Positions 1-13,798 of a stretch of 64,000 nucleotides of DNA are shown here, piece by piece. Under the pieces are notes generated by a model. It saw nothing but the letters and a program-made list of their open reading frames with translations, was not told the origin of the DNA and searched no databases. Position 1 is the first letter of the stretch. Each line of letters starts with the position of its first letter. Where the stretch lies: positions 1,302,001 through 1,366,000 of the forward strand of contig JABVCE010000005.1 in the NCBI GenBank assembly GCA_014905635.1. Reading direction: 5' to 3'. Source of the stretch: Scenedesmus sp. PABB004 (Eukaryota). The position numbers were made by a program, and so were the translations under genes.

Positions 1-1701
1 CGCCTCGACCGCCGGCGCGGCCGGCTCGGGCTCGGGCTCCGGCTCCGCCACCGCCGCGGGCTCGGGCGCCGGCGGCTCGGCCGCCGCGGCCGCGGGCTCC
101 GGCGCTGGCGCCGGCACGGGCGCGCTGCTGCTGCTCGCCTCGTCGCCCGGCTCCACGCCGTCCTCGCCGCCGGGCGGCGGCGCGCAGAGCGCGGGGCTGA
201 GCACGTACTGCTGGATCGCGTCGGTCTGCACCGTGTAGAGCAGCAGCTGCTGCGGCGCGACCTCGCCCGGCACGGCCTGGCTCTCGACCGCCTCCAGCCC
301 CGGCGTGAGGCTGAGGATGGGCTGCTTGACCGCGAAGAACGCGGCGTAGTCGAGGCCGCCGCCCGCGACCGGGCCGGGCGCGAGCGCGTAGTGCAGCGTG
401 TACACCTGCTTGCGCACCGTGTTGGCCAGCACCACGAGCCCGAGCTCGCGCTGCACCACGGCGTGGCAGAAAAAGTCGGGCGCGCCCTTGGCCGACGTGA
501 AGGCGACCGACTGCAGGCACTGCGGCGCCGCGCCGGCGGCGGCGCCGGCGCGCGCGAGGCGCCAGAGCTTGAGCGCCGCGTTGGTCGCGTCGCCCGTGAG
601 CAGCAGGCTGCTGCCGTCGAGCGCCTGGGCGAGGAAGTGCAGGCTCGCGACGCCGCCGGGCGCGGCAAAGGGCGACCACGACAGCAGCGGCGCGCCGGCC
701 TCGTCGTCGCCCTCGAGCCACCACGCGTGCACGCGGCCCGCGCTGTCCGCGGCGGCGAGCAGGTCGCCGAGCGGGCTGAACGCGACCGCCGTGACGTCGC
801 CGCCGCCCGGCGGCAGCGTGTACGTGATGCCCGGCAGCGCCGGCGCCGGCGGCTGGCTCGCCGGCGGCGACGTGGGCACCTCGAAGATGTGCACCGCGCC
901 CGCCGCACCGGCGGCGAGGATCTGGGGCGTCGTCGGGTGCCACGCGAGGCGCACGAGGCTCGCGCCCGGCGCGCCGCCCGGCGGCAGCGCGAGCTGCGCG
1001 GTCAGCAGCAGCACCTCGGCCGGCACGGCGTCGCCGTCGGGGCCGGGCGCGTCGCTGACGGCGCGCACGGCGACGTCGCCGTTGCGGCTCGCTGACGCGA
1101 GCAGGTCGGGCCCGCCCGCCGCCGCGGCGCCGTCGGGCGGCGCAAAGAAGGCCATGTGGCTCAGCGCGGACGTGTGGCCCTTGAAGAGCGCGCGCGACGC
1201 GGTGTTGCGGTTGAGCGCGCGGATGTGGCCGGCCTTGAGGCCGTAGCAGATGTAGGCCGCGCTGATCGCGACCTGCTGCGTGTGCTCGAGCGCGTAGTCA
1301 AACTTGAGCAGCGTGATCGGCTGCACCTGCGCGCGCGCACGCCGCGGACGCAGCGGGCAGTGGTCGGCGCGCCGGCGCCGGCGGTGCGCGGCGCGCTGAC
1401 GGGCGGGCGCCGCTGCCGGCGGCGGCGACCGCTGCTGCCGCGGCCGCGGCCGCCGCGCCGCGCCGCGCCGCGCCTGCAGCTCCGGCACGGCCTCGCCCGG
1501 GCGCAGGGCGTCCAGGTCGATGGTGACATCGCTCCCCGCCAGCGCGCGGCCGGTGGGGCTGGGGCCCTTGGCTGCGGTCGACACGTTTGCGCTCGCGGCC
1601 AGCGCCGCCGCCGCCGTGCTCGCAAACTGCAGCCCCGCGGCGCCGTCCGGCGTGGGCCCGGCGTCGGCGCCCTTTTTCTTGTTGAACAGTCCCCCGAACA
1701 T
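1..1701 (-). CDS. EDC4: Enhancer of mRNA-decapping protein 4 / VARICOSE-like WD40 protein (3' part runs off window)
   Basis: ATG at 1701 (MFGGLFNKKKG...PELQ), GC-AG intron 1473..1327, then VQPITLLKFDY...QVAISAAYICYGLKAGHIRALNRNTASRALFKGH...VAWHP, typical of the EDC4/VCS N-terminal WD40 region. Confidence 0.85.
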   Translation of the reverse strand, partial: MFGGLFNKKKGADAGPTPDGAAGLQFASTAAAALAASANVSTAAKGPSPTGRALAGSDVTIDLDALRPGEAVPELQARRGAARRPRPRQQRSPPPAAAPARQRAAHRRRRRADHCPLRPRRARAQVQPITLLKFDYALEHTQQVAISAAYICYGLKAGHIRALNRNTASRALFKGHTSALSHMAFFAPPDGAAAAGGPDLLASASRNGDVAVRAVSDAPGPDGDAVPAEVLLLTAQLALPPGGAPGASLVRLAWHPTTPQILAAGAAGAVHIFEVPTSPPASQPPAPALPGITYTLPPGGGDVTAVAFSPLGDLLAAADSAGRVHAWWLEGDDEAGAPLLSWSPFAAPGGVASLHFLAQALDGSSLLLTGDATNAALKLWRLARAGAAAGAAPQCLQSVAFTSAKGAPDFFCHAVVQRELGLVVLANTVRKQVYTLHYALAPGPVAGGGLDYAAFFAVKQPILSLTPGLEAVESQAVPGEVAPQQLLLYTVQTDAIQQYVLSPALCAPPPGGEDGVEPGDEASSSSAPVPAPAPEPAAAAAEPPAPEPAAVAEPEPEPEPAAPAVEA

Positions 1702-2138
1702 GGTGCCAGCGCCGCCGGGGGCGGCCGGGCGCGGTGATGGGCGCTCTTGCGGCCGTGATCAGGCGCCTGGGGGGCGCGCGCTGCGGGTGGCGCGCTGACG
1801 TGAAGCTGTGGCACGTCCTGCGCGTCCCGGACGCCGCGGCGCATGTTACTGGCCTGTACCCGCTCGCAGAGCCCGCAACGACAGCTGCAGCCATCACGGC
1901 CGCCTCCCGCGCCCCCGGGGCCCCCCCAGTCGCTGCTACCCCGCCACCCCGCCCCCAGGCGTGATCCTTCTGTCCGACAGGCGACGCCAGGCAGCAGCTG
2001 GGCCCGCACCTGCGCCCGTCGCCGCCGCCGGGGCCCGCACCTGCACCCGCGGCCGCCGCCGTCACCTGCAGCAGCCGCTGCCGGGCGCGCCCGCCCCCGC
2101 CGCGCCCAGCCAGCCGCCACGCGCAGCCAGCGTGCGCC

Positions 2139-3008
2139 ATGGCGGCCGTGGGCGGGGAGTACCCGCCGCTGCTGTTCACGCTGCCGAGCGAGCAGCCGGC
2201 GGAGTACCGCACGCCGCGGAGCATACACAGCCCGCTGCGCGACGCGTCGGGCAGCATCTCGACCGCGCGGCGCAGCGTGACACCGCCCGGCTCGGTGCAC
2301 ACCGACACGACGCCGCCGCGGCCGCCGCCGATCATGCGGCTGCAGGACACGCTCATGGCAGGCGCGTGCGCGGCGCGACGCAGCGAGCGCCTGGCGAGCG
2401 CGGCGCGCCGCCCGCCGCCCGCCGCCCCCGCCGGTGCCCCCGCTGACGCCGCCCCCGGCCCCGCAGACGCGGACGGCCCCAGCCCGCCCACGGCGGGCGC
2501 CGGCGGCGGCGGCGGCGCCGCGCAGCCCGCGGCCGCGGCGGGCGGCGGCGGCGGCATGATGTCGTTTGAGGCGGCGGGCGGCGCGGAGGACGCGTGGGTC
2601 ACCGTGTACGGCTTCACGCCCGACGACCTGCCGCTCGTGCTGCGCGAGTTCCAGCGCTGCGGCGACATCGTGCAGTGGGGCACGTTTGGCGCGAGCGCGG
2701 CGGCCAACTTCATGCACGTGTGCTTCGCGACCAAGTACGGCGCGCAGCGCGCGCTGCTGCGCAGCGGCGAGCAGCTGAGCGCGACGCTCATCGTGGGCGT
2801 CAAGCCGCTGGAGCCGCGCCACCGCGCGGTCGTCGAGGCGCACGGCGACGGCGGCGCCGGCGGCGGCGCCGGCGAGCTCGGCGCGCGCGCGCGCGGCCCC
2901 GCCGCGCCGCTGCGGCCGTACCGCGTCGACGCGAGCGCGGCCGCCGCGCTGCCGCAGCGCTCGCGCACGCTGGCGCAGAAGCTCAGCGAGTTCGTGCTGG
3001 GCCTGTGA
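2139..3008 (+). CDS. NUP35: Nucleoporin Nup35/Nup53 (RRM-type domain), single exon
   Basis: WVTVYGF...LVLREFQRCGDIVQW...ANFMHVCFATKYGAQRALLRSGEQLSATLIVGVKP and C-terminal amphipathic KLSEFVLGL. Confidence 0.85.
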   Translation: MAAVGGEYPPLLFTLPSEQPAEYRTPRSIHSPLRDASGSISTARRSVTPPGSVHTDTTPPRPPPIMRLQDTLMAGACAARRSERLASAARRPPPAAPAGAPADAAPGPADADGPSPPTAGAGGGGGAAQPAAAAGGGGGMMSFEAAGGAEDAWVTVYGFTPDDLPLVLREFQRCGDIVQWGTFGASAAANFMHVCFATKYGAQRALLRSGEQLSATLIVGVKPLEPRHRAVVEAHGDGGAGGGAGELGARARGPAAPLRPYRVDASAAAALPQRSRTLAQKLSEFVLGL

Positions 3009-3586
3009 GCGCGGCGGCGGCCGTGTAACCAAACTCCGGGCGCAGCCCTGAACCCCGCCGCATCACGCGCACGCCCGCCATGCCCCTGCCGCCCCGCGCC
3101 CCGGCCGCCACTGCCCTCCTCCCACGCCACGCTCCTCGCCAGGTGAGCTTGCTGCGTCGGCGGCGGCGCCGTGCGCAACAGCAGCGACCCTAGCATCGCG
3201 CTGGCAGCGCCGCAGCGAGCCGGTCGTGGTGGCAGTTTGACCCCGCACTGCTGACCGCCAGCGCACGGGCCGCGGAAGGGCCTGGGGGCGCGGGAGGGGG
3301 CGGGCATGCGCGAGCGCTCGCCCGCGGCCAGAGGGGGCCGCCTGACCGGCCGGCTGCGCCGCTCGGGACGCGGGCGCGCGCTCCATGAACGCGCCGGCGC
3401 AGCTGCAGCGCCTGCTGGGACCGTTTCGGCGCCACCTTCGTTTGGTTGGCGCGGCCGCTCGCGTCGCATGCCGGCCCCTCCGCGCCGCGCCGGGGCGCCC
3501 ATCACGCTGACCACGCCCCGCCTCGCGCCCCCGACGCCCGCCCAACCTCGCAGGAGCCGGCCAGCACGATCGAGCGGCAGCAGGTG

Positions 3587-5784
3587 ATGCCCAACAACGC
3601 CGCCGGCCATGAAATCCACTACCACCATGCTGCCGGGAGGGGGGACGTCGCTCAGCACCACGGGCCCGGCGGGCCGCCTCACGCGGCCAGGTGCGGCGCG
3701 CGGCGCGGCGGCGCGAGGGCGGCGCGAGAGCAGCGCTGCGCGCGCCGCCGATCGCCCCTGCGCCCGTGCGGCGCCGCGCCCCGCCTCACGCCCATGCCGC
3801 CACGGCCGCCGCCGCCCGCGCAGGCACGGCGAGCGCGCTGGCCGGCTAGCGACAGACGACTCCGGCCCCCAGCATGCGCCGCGCGGCGGCGGCGCCAGCC
3901 GCGGCGGCGGCGCGCCGCGCCCGCCCCGCGCCCAGCGCGGCGTGCCCGCCAGCGACGGCGCCGGCGCCGGCGCCGGCGCCGCGCCCTTGGACGGCGGCGC
4001 CCCCAGCGGCCGCGGCGGTCGCGCGCGCGGCCCCGCGGCGGCGGCGGCGGCGGCCGCGGCGGCGCCGGCCCCGCCCCGCCCCGCCCTCCGCCGGCGGCGG
4101 CGGCGGGCCAGGTTTGCGCGCAGTGGGCGGCCCTGGCGGCGGCGATGCGCCGCCTCGCGGCGGCGGCGGGCGCCGCGGCCGCGGTGGCGCAGCCGGCGGT
4201 GGCGCAGCCGGCGGTGGCGCAACCGGCGGTCGCGCGCCCGGCGGCGCCCCGCCGCCGCAGCCCGCACCCGGCCCGCGCGCCGCGCCCGGGCCCGGGCCCG
4301 GCGGCCACGCGCGGGCCGGCCCTGCGCCCGGCGGCGGCGGCCCCCAGCGCGCCCCGCGCGGCCCCCCTGCGGCGCACGGCGACGTCAGGCACCCCCAGCC
4401 GCCGCCGCACCGCGGCCACGGCATGCCGCCGCACGGCGGCGCGCCCGCGGGCGCGGCGGCGGCGCAGCCGGGCGGGGGCGGCAGGCGCGGGCGGGGGCGC
4501 GGCGGGTCGGCGGCCGCCGGCGCCGCGCCGCCCCAGCACGGCGGTGTCGTCGATCAGGCGGCGGCGGCGGCTGTGCCAGCTGGGCAACAGCAGGAGCTGG
4601 TGGCGCCCAAGAAGCACAAGCGCGGCGCACGCGTGCGCGGATGCAACCGCGGCGGCGGGCGCGCGGGCGACGAGCAGCCTGGCGGCGGGGCCGAGCAGGG
4701 CGGCGAGCAGCAGCAGCTGGCGCTCGGCGCGCCGGCCTTTGCGGCGCCCGCCGAGCCTGAGCCGGAGCCCGAGGCCCCGCCGCCGCCAACGGCCGTGCAC
4801 AACGAGTTTGCCGAGCGGCTGGCGCAGCGCGCCATGGCCAGCGCCGCGGCCCACCGGTCCAGCCTGCTGGCCGGCGGCGACGGCGCCGCCGGGTGCGGCA
4901 GCGGCCTCGCGCCCGCGCCCGCGCTGCTGGGCGCCGGGCCGGGCCTGGTGCTCCGGCCGCGCGCCGGGGCGCTGCCGGCCGACAGCGCGGCGACCACGCC
5001 CTCCGCGCGCGGCGCCGCCAGCAGCGCGAGCAGCGACAGCGGCGCCGACGTGGACCCTGGCAGCGGCAGCGTGACGAGCGTCGGCACCGCCGGCCGGCCG
5101 CGACTGCACCTCGCGCCGCGCAGCGCGCCGCCGCCCGAGCCGCCGGCGGGCCTGCCGGCCGCCGCCGCGCACGACGCGTCCGGCCGGCCGCGCCTGCACC
5201 TGACGCGCCGCGGCAGCGGCGGCGAGCCCGCGGCCGCCGGCGCGCCGGCCGCCGCCGGCGCGCCGCGCGCGTCGGTCTTTGGCGCTGCCAAGCCGCGCGA
5301 GGAGGTGCTGCGGCAGCGCGGGCAGGACCCGCTGCTCGTCGACCTGGGCCTGGCCCTGGCCGAGCCCGGCGGCGTCCGGGGCGGCCCGCGCGGCGGTGGC
5401 GCGCCGGGGCGCTGGGGCGGCGCCGGCGGCGGCGGCAGCGCGCGCGAGGACGACGAGCGCGAGTGGCAGACGGTCACGGGGCACGGCCGGCGCGGCCGCG
5501 GCGGCGCCGGCGACGACGAGCGCGGCGGCGCGGCGGTCGTGGACATCTTTTTCGGCGCTGGCGCTGCGGCCTTTGCGCCGCCGCCGCCGCCGCGCGCGTT
5601 TGAGCGCGACGCGCTCCGCGACGGCGGCGGCTTTGGCCGCCGCGCCGGCGGCGCCTACGGCTCGCCCGCCGGCGGCGGCTGGGGCGGCAAGGGCGCGCGC
5701 GGCGGGCGCGAGGAGGAGGAGGCGGATGACGACCTCTTCCGGCGCCACCTGCCCACGCGGGAGGCGCCGCTGGACCTGCTGTGA
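3587..5784 (+). CDS. Low-complexity Gly/Arg-rich protein with eIF4B/eIF4H-like motifs
   Basis: Two RPRLHL-x-R repeats and SVFGAAKPREEVLRQRG in the 3874..5784 frame; probable first coding exon 3587..3690 and intron 3691..3823; apparent frameshift near 4070-4090; start uncertain. Confidence 0.6.
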
Positions 5785-6123
5785 CGCGGCGGCGTGGCCG
5801 CGCGGCTGCGTGCCGCGGGCCGGCGCCGCGAGGCGTCGCCTTTTTTGTGGAGGCGGGGCCCGTCTTCAAGCTGAGGGGGCTGCCTGCAATGCAAGCGCCA
5901 GAGCGCATCACCAGTGCTGGCGCGGCGAGAGATCGCGGGGTCGGTGTGCAACAGACTCTGTTGTTTCCGTGTCTCCGTGTCCCGCCCGCGCTTGCGCCGC
6001 CGCCTCACAGGGAAGCCGCCGCCGCACCGCGCTGCCCCCCGCTCGAGCCCGCAGCCCCCCCCCCCCTCCCTCGCGCCCCCACCCCTGTCTCCCCGCTCCA
6101 CGGCGCGCGCGCGCGCGCCCCGA

Positions 6124-9262
<3,139 letters not shown>

Positions 9263-9624
9263 GCTGCTGCGGCGGCGTGCGCGCTGGCGGGGCGTCGAAC
9301 GGTCGCGGCGCACCTGGCGACGCGCGTGTGGCGATGCGCACTCACTGCCGCGATGCCGGGCTGACGCGAAAGCGGGGCGCAGAGGCGGGGCGAGACCTGA
9401 CCGAAGAACTCGAGCTGTCGGCGTGGCGCCGCGGCGGCTGGCGTCTGAGCACCTGCAGTCACGAGAGGCGACGTGGAGAGAGTGCGCCAGGGCAGCGGAG
9501 GTGGCCAGAAAACATTCCGCGACCTGCAGCTGCACCCGCGGCCCTCGCGCGCCTGCTCCCATCGTTTCCGATCGCGCAGAGGGCCCCGGATTCGCGGGCC
9601 GCACGAGCAGCCGCCGTCGCCGCG

Positions 9625-12600
9625 ATGCTCCCGCAGCAGCAGCAGCACGCTGGAGGCCGTGGCGGGCGGGGGCCGCCGCGGCGCGCCCCCGCCGGCCAGG
9701 ATCCGCGCCGGCGTGCCGTCCAGCGTCGCCTGAACCGGCCCGCACCGCCGCCCGGGGCGTCGGTGATCGTCCCGCCCACGATGCCGCTCCCTGGTGCGCG
9801 AGGGTTGTCTCTGGCAGCGCGCGCAGTGGTCGCCCCGCCCGCGCTCCGGGTGGCCGGGGAGCACCCGGCACCGCCCGACCGCGCGTGGGGCCCGGGCGCA
9901 CGCCGCCGCGGCCGCCGCGGCCTGCGCCGCAGGCGCCGACGAGGTGCTGCTCTGCCCCGACAACCGCAAGAAGCTGGTGGCCCGGTGCGGGGAGCCGGGG
10001 CGGTCGGACAGGCCCGCACGCAGCGCCCGGCGGCGGCGGCACGCGCCGCGGCGCGGCTGGCGCGCGCGATCGCGGCCGCTCCCGCCGCCAGCGGCGGCGC
10101 GACGCGCCGTGCCGCCGCCGCGCCGCGCGCCGCGCGCGTACTCCCAGGGCCAGCCCCTTTGTGGCGCACAACAACTTTGGCGGCGGCTTTGTGTCAGACC
10201 AGGACCGCGTGGCGCTGACGGCGATGCGCTTCGGCTCGCCCGACTCGGCGGGTGCGGCGGCGCGGCCGCGCCGCGCGCTGCAGGCGCCGCGCGGCGCCAG
10301 CCGCGCCGCCCGCGGCCCACCACGCCCCCCCCCCTCTCTGCTGACCTGACCCGCCGCCGGCCCCCCGCGGGCCCTCTGCCCCCCAGGCGCGGCACAGTTT
10401 TTCAGCGCGCCGGACGACGACGGCGGCGTCGGCGGCCCCGGCGGCGCGCACATCAACTGGATGGAGGCGAGCCTGGAGCAGCTCACGACGCCGCTGCCGC
10501 CGTGGGCGATCCGCGCGGGCGCGCGGGAGGTTATCTACCACGACCCCCGCAACACCACCGCCGCGATCGTCACGTGCGGCGGGCTCTGCCCGGGCCTCAA
10601 CGACGTCGTCGCGGTGCGCGCGCGGTTGGGACGGGGGGGGGGGGGGGGGGGGGGGCGCAAGGGAAAGGGGTGGAGCGGCCCCCAGGGCCGCTGTAGGCGG
10701 GCCGCCGCCGTCCGGCCCTTCGCCGCAATCCCACACGCCGCCCTCCCGCCGCCCTCCCACCACCCGCCCTCCCTCCCACCCCAAACCCTGGCGCCACCGC
10801 GGGGTTTAGGGCCTGGTGAACAAGCTGACCGACTACGGCGTCCCCGACGGCAACATCCTGGGCATCCGCTATGGCTTCAAGGGCTTCTACGACCGTGAGC
10901 ACCGCCCAGACGTGCTCACCAAGGCGAGCGTCGACGGCATCCAGCTCCAGGGCGGCACCATCCTCGGCACGAGCCGCGGCGGCGCAAACATCAAGTGCGC
11001 GGCGCGGCGCGGGGCGGGGCGGGGCGGGGGCCCGCCGCGCCGGGGGGCGGGGGGCGGGGCGGGCCCCGCCGCGCTGCGCCGCGCCGCGCCGCGCCGTGCG
11101 CGCGGGCGCCCAGCCCGCGCGCGCGCGGCGTGGCCCCGCGCAGGGAGATTGTGAAGCGCCTGGACATGTGGGGCGTGGACATGCTGTTTGTGGTCGGCGG
11201 CAACGGCGGCAACGCGGGCGCCAACGCGATCCAGCAAAAGTGCGACGAGGCCGACGTGCTGTGCAACGTCATCGGCGTCCCCAAGAGCATCGACAACGGT
11301 GAGCAGGAGGGGAGGCTGGCGCGCCCACGCGCGCTCGCCCGGCGCGCGCCTGCCGGTGCCGCCGCCGCCGACGCGCGTCCTAAGCCCTGGGGGGCCCTGA
11401 GCCCTGAGCCCTGAGCCCTGAGCCCTGAGCCCTGAGCCCTGAGCCCTGAGCCCTGAGCCCTGAGCCCTGAGCCCTGAGCCCCGGGCCGCCGCCGCCCCGC
11501 CCCCTCAGACATCCTGCTGATCGACAAGTGCTTCGGCTTTGACACCGCGGTCGAGGAGGCGCAGCGCGCGCTGCTCGCAGCAAAGGCGCGCGCGCACGCG
11601 GCGCGCGGCGCGCGGCTTGCGCAGGGCGCAGCTCGCGGCACGCGGCGGCGGCGCGCGGCGGCGCAGGCAAGCAGCCCGCCGACGGCGCCCCGCCGCCGCC
11701 GCCGCCGGCGCCGCCGCGTGGGCCGCGCAGGTCGAGGCGAGCAGCGCGCGGCAGGGCATCGGTCTGGTGAAGCTCATGGGCCGGCAGTCAGGGTTCATCG
11801 CGATGCAGGCGTCCATGGCCTCGGGTGCGGCCCGCCGCCCGCCGCCCGCCGCCCGCCGCCCGCCACCCGCCGCCTCACTCGCCAGCCGACCCGCCGACCG
11901 CCCCTGCCCCTCGCCCCTGCCCCCTCGCCCCTGCCCCCTCGCCCCTGCCCTGCGCCCCCTCTGCCACCAGGCGTGGTGGACGCGGTGCTCATCCCCGAGG
12001 TGCCCTTCAAGCTCACCGGCGACAAGGGCCTCTGCAAGTACCTCGAGGGCGTGCTCGAGGCAAAGGGACACTGCGTCGTCTGCGTCGCCGAGGGCGCCGG
12101 CCAGGCGCGGCGGCACACACGCGGGCTGGCGGCGCTGTGCGCGCTGACTCGCCAGGCGTCGCCCAACCTCCTGCCCCCCCCCCTCCCTCCCTCCCCCGCT
12201 GCTGCCGCCCGCAGGACCTGCTCGAGGACGACTCGATTGCCAACAACCACGGCACCGACGCGAGCGGCAACCCCATACTCAAGGCGCGCGCGCCGCCGCG
12301 CCGCGCGCTCCCCCGGGGCGGGAGCATGCCGAGCCCCGCCGCGCGCTCCCCCGACTGCCGCTCCCCCTCCCAACTCAACCTCCGCCCGCGCTGCCCGGTG
12401 TGCCGTCCGGTGTGCGCCGCAGGACATCGGCATGTTCCTCAAGGCCGGCTTCAAGGCCCACTTCAAGGACGCAGACATCAAGTACATCGACCCCTCCTAC
12501 ATCATTCGGTGGGACGGACCCCCACGCGCCGCCCCGCCGCCACCCCGCGCCGCCGCCGCCCCGTGCCGCCCCTGCGCCGCGTGCCCGCTCCCCTCCCCTC

Positions 12601-13064
12601 CCCAACACACAACACTACACTCACGCCCCCCCCCCCCCCCCCCCCTCCACACACACGCACACGCACGCGCACACCCGCACCCAACAAACGCACGCACGCC
12701 CAGGTCCATCCCCACGACCAGCAACGACCGCATCTACTGCAAGATCCTCGCCCACAACGCGGTGCACGCCGCGTTTGCCGGCTACACCGGCATCACCGTC
12801 GGCCTCGTCAACACGCACTACGTCTACCTCCCCATCCCCGTCATCATCTGCGCGCCACGCAAGGCACGCGGCGCCGCGCGGCGGGCTCTGCAGCAGGGCC
12901 CGGGGCTGACAGGACAGCGCGCGCGGCGGGGCTGCGCGGCGGCGCGCGCGGCCGAGCCTCTGCGCCGCCGCCGCCGCCGCCGGGCCGCGCGCGCGCAGGT
13001 GGACCCGCGCGGCAAGATGTGGAACCGCCTGCGCGCGTCGATCGGGCAGCCCAACTTTTACTGA
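9625..13064 (+). CDS. PFK: ATP-dependent 6-phosphofructokinase (plant plastid PFK5-like), multi-exon
   Basis: [99 protein letters not shown]; start codon uncertain. Confidence 0.93.
11395..11478. repeat. Intronic heptamer tandem array (CCCTGAG)x12
   Basis: 12 perfect copies visible inside a PFK intron. Confidence 0.95.
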
Positions 13065-13798
13065 CGCGGCGGCGCGGGGTGCGGGGCGCGGGCGGCGACG
13101 GGGGGTGCAGCGGCGGGGCGGCACGCAGCGGGGGGCGGGTGGGGGCGCGGGGCCGGTGTGGGCTGCATGACTGACGCGCACGTGCTCTCTCTGGCCCCCC
13201 ACACACACTGCATGGATCGTGCGCGCGGGCAGCGCGCGGCGCGGCGCGGCGTGGCGCCAAACGCACGCGTGGTGTGGGCATCAAGCACTCGGCGGCGGCG
13301 GCGGCGCGGTGGGCCGCGGCGCGCCGCCGCCGCGGCCCTCGAGGGATCTGGTGGGCGCAGGGCTGCGCGCGCGCCGCGCGCCCACCGCCGGTCCGGGTCG
13401 GGCGGGAGGCGCGTGGTCTGTCTGTCGGCGTGGCGGCGTGCGGCGAGCACGCGGCCGCCACAGAGAACGAAAGCCCCCGGGCGCGGGGCCGGGCGGCGGG
13501 GCCGTGAGGCCCCCTCCCTGCCTGCTTCATTGACCGCGCCCTAGCTAGGCGCGCATTCGATTCCTCACAGACAGACAGATCGGGCGGCGGTGGCGGTGGT
13601 GTGTGCGTGTCGCGTGCCCGCGCGCGGGGGCGGGCGCGACGCGCCCGCGCTGTAACCCCTCGGGCGGCTCCCCCGCGCGCGCCGCCCTCCCCAGCGCGCC
13701 GCCGCGGCCCTCCCCAGCCCGCCCCGCCCCAGACCGATCAATCGCGGTGCGCGCCGCCGCCGCCGCCCGGGGCCCGCCGCGGCGCCGCCTCGCATCGC

